Source of the DNA: Rhodospirillales bacterium
Lineage (GTDB): Bacteria > Pseudomonadota > Alphaproteobacteria > Rhodospirillales > UBA2165
Reading direction: 5' to 3'
Assembly (NCBI GenBank): GCA_965213765.1
Contig: OZ243926.1
Span: 4,368,479 to 4,432,478, forward strand
DNA length: 64,000 bases
Made by a program: the position numbers and the translations under genes. Positions 62,526 through 64,000 of this stretch are shown piece by piece (positions within the stretch are counted from its first letter, which is position 1; the number at the start of each line of letters is the position of its first letter). The notes below the pieces were generated by a model, which had not been told where the DNA came from, ran no database searches, and was given only the letters and a program-made list of their open reading frames with translations.

Positions 62526-63524
62526 ATGGCGTATCGGGGTCTGGACCGGCTTCTTAATCATTTTCTCGCCGTTGCCGAGAAAGGCAGCATTACCGCGGCT
62601 GCCAGGTCGCTGAATATTTCCCAGCCGGCCTTGACCCGCAACATCCGGCTTTTGGAGCAATCCCTGGAAGTCCGCCTCCTGGACCGGCTTCCGAATGGCG
62701 TATCCCTGACGAATTTCGGCGATTTCCTGGCGCGCCGGGCGCGGTTCATGCAGCTCGAATTCGACCACGCCTTGACCGAGATCGAGGCGCTCAAGGGCGG
62801 GCACAGGGGCGAACTCAACATCGGCGTGATCTCGGCCTGGGGCCTGATCTACATTCCTGAAATTATCGCCCTGTTTCGCGAGGAGGTCCGAGGCGTAAAA
62901 ATAAATATTTTCAGTGATTTATCCGGAAATTTGATTTCCCGCCTGTTGAATGGGGAGCTGGATCTGGTGTGCTCCGGCCTGAGCTTCCCGAACCATCCCC
63001 AACTGGTCAAAGAGCCGTTGATCCAAATGGAGCGGGTGGTGGTTGCCAATGCGGGTCACCCGCTGACAAACCGGGATACGCTTACCGCTGCCGACCTTCT
63101 CCAATATGGGTGGGGTTTTTTGAGAGGCGATGAGATCGCGACCTCGCGGCTCGGCGCGTACTTTCTCTCCTTCGGGCTTGCACCGCCGAAAGTGGAGCTC
63201 GAATGCGATTCCATCAATGAATTGCTGTCCATTCTCCGCAGTACGGAACTGCTGGGAACGGCCCCGAAACCCGTCGCCGAGGATACCGCCGCCCACGGCC
63301 TGTCGGCGTTGCCGATTGAAGGATCATTGTGGCACTACGAGTCGGGCATGGTCTACCGCCGGGAGCCGAACCCGCCGAGGGCATTGGTTTCGTTCCTCGC
63401 CTATGCACGCTCATATTTCGCCAATAAGGACCACGCGGCAGGTTCTCCGGCATCAGCAAATCTTATGGCCCAAACGCCGAATGGTATTGGACGAGACGAT
63501 GATTTCGGCGCCTTAATCGGGTGA
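62526..63524 (+). CDS. LysR-family transcriptional regulator
   Basis: Start taken at MAYRGLDRLLNHFLAVAEKGSITAAARSLNISQPALTRNIRLLEQSLEVRLLDR (wHTH). It is divergent from the TTT/catabolic operon. Confidence 0.85.
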   Translation: MAYRGLDRLLNHFLAVAEKGSITAAARSLNISQPALTRNIRLLEQSLEVRLLDRLPNGVSLTNFGDFLARRARFMQLEFDHALTEIEALKGGHRGELNIGVISAWGLIYIPEIIALFREEVRGVKINIFSDLSGNLISRLLNGELDLVCSGLSFPNHPQLVKEPLIQMERVVVANAGHPLTNRDTLTAADLLQYGWGFLRGDEIATSRLGAYFLSFGLAPPKVELECDSINELLSILRSTELLGTAPKPVAEDTAAHGLSALPIEGSLWHYESGMVYRREPNPPRALVSFLAYARSYFANKDHAAGSPASANLMAQTPNGIGRDDDFGALIG

Positions 63525-63763
63525 AATCGAGCTCAGCCGATGACCGGACCCAGTTCCCTTTCCCAATCCCGAACGACTCCAGGGCAGGCCAACGCCCGCG
63601 GCCAGGCGGCGGCACGTTCCGGCGGGCGGAAGCCGGTGGATATCATGTCCGCGACCGGGTTCTACGGCTCGACCCGCCTAACGATCATCGGGTTCCATAT
63701 CGGCCCCCCGCCGGACACCCGGATCCATTCCCCGAAGATCGCCGAAACACCAGGAGGACAGAC

Positions 63764-64000
63764 ATGACCCGGATGCCGCAGTTGAAACGCGAGGAAATGA
63801 ATGACGAGCAGGGCGCCGTATACGACGAAATCATCAACCGCGGCGGCCGGATCGGCGGCCCCTACGGGGCCTATATCCGCATTCCGCGCTTCATGAGGCT
63901 CAACCAGGAGATGGGGGATTTCCTGCGCTCCAACGGCTTGCCGCCGAAACTTCGGCAACTTGCCGCGATTCTCGCCATTCGGTTCTGGGGAGGACGTTAC
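63764..64000 (+). CDS. carboxymuconolactone decarboxylase (CMD/AhpD-like) family protein; 5' part, continues past the window edge
   Basis: AGGAGG lies 7 nt upstream of the ATG. The sequence MTRMPQLKREEMNDEQGAVYDEIINRGGRIGGPYGAYIRIPRFMRLNQEMGDFLRSNGLPPKLRQLAAILAIRFWG is typical of the N-terminus of this CMD subgroup. Confidence 0.7.
   Translation, partial: MTRMPQLKREEMNDEQGAVYDEIINRGGRIGGPYGAYIRIPRFMRLNQEMGDFLRSNGLPPKLRQLAAILAIRFWGGRY

Overview
This is a GC-rich window with strong GC3 codon bias and gene content typical of a free-living alphaproteobacterium. All functional calls come from motif and family recognition by eye; no database search was run. I support about 57 protein-coding genes, mostly catabolic enzymes and solute transporters: LigI-like amidohydrolases, LLM flavin monooxygenases, a Rieske oxygenase, gentisate dioxygenase, and TRAP, TTT and ABC uptake systems. 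Sulfur-related genes are also present: sat, a sulfatase, an arylsulfotransferase-like gene and a DUF4202-cobA-cbiX siroheme-type module. There is one tRNA-Ser(GGA) and no rRNA or CRISPR array. The main result is a selenocysteine locus. selA-selB (30274-33626) is flanked by two genes whose ORF-track halves are joined in frame by a single TGA at the redox-active Cys/Sec position. One is a GrdB/PrdB-family protein with a U-x-x-C motif (28896-30098, divergent from selA). The other is an AhpD/CMD-family protein with C-x-x-U-x-x-x-H (22563-23672). In both, a hairpin follows whose apical loop starts 16 nt after the U of UGA. No selC, selD, formate dehydrogenase or grd/prd partner genes are visible in the window. 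A 264-bp MITE with about 25-bp terminal inverted repeats occurs twice. One copy sits exactly in the former cobA/cbiX overlap. Its CTAG target duplication preserves the cobA stop, and its terminal repeat supplies a new SD-like sequence plus ATG for cbiX. tRNA-Ser is followed by a decayed, lower-GC island holding an integrase 5' fragment fused to an hsdM 3' fragment, an IS630 element at the hsdM/hsdS junction, an orphan hsdS and an IS3 remnant. Other points are a cytoplasm-facing Mo-bisPGD oxidoreductase operon with a fused FeS/membrane subunit and a hotdog thioesterase, several phased or tandem intergenic repeats, and several gene relics.
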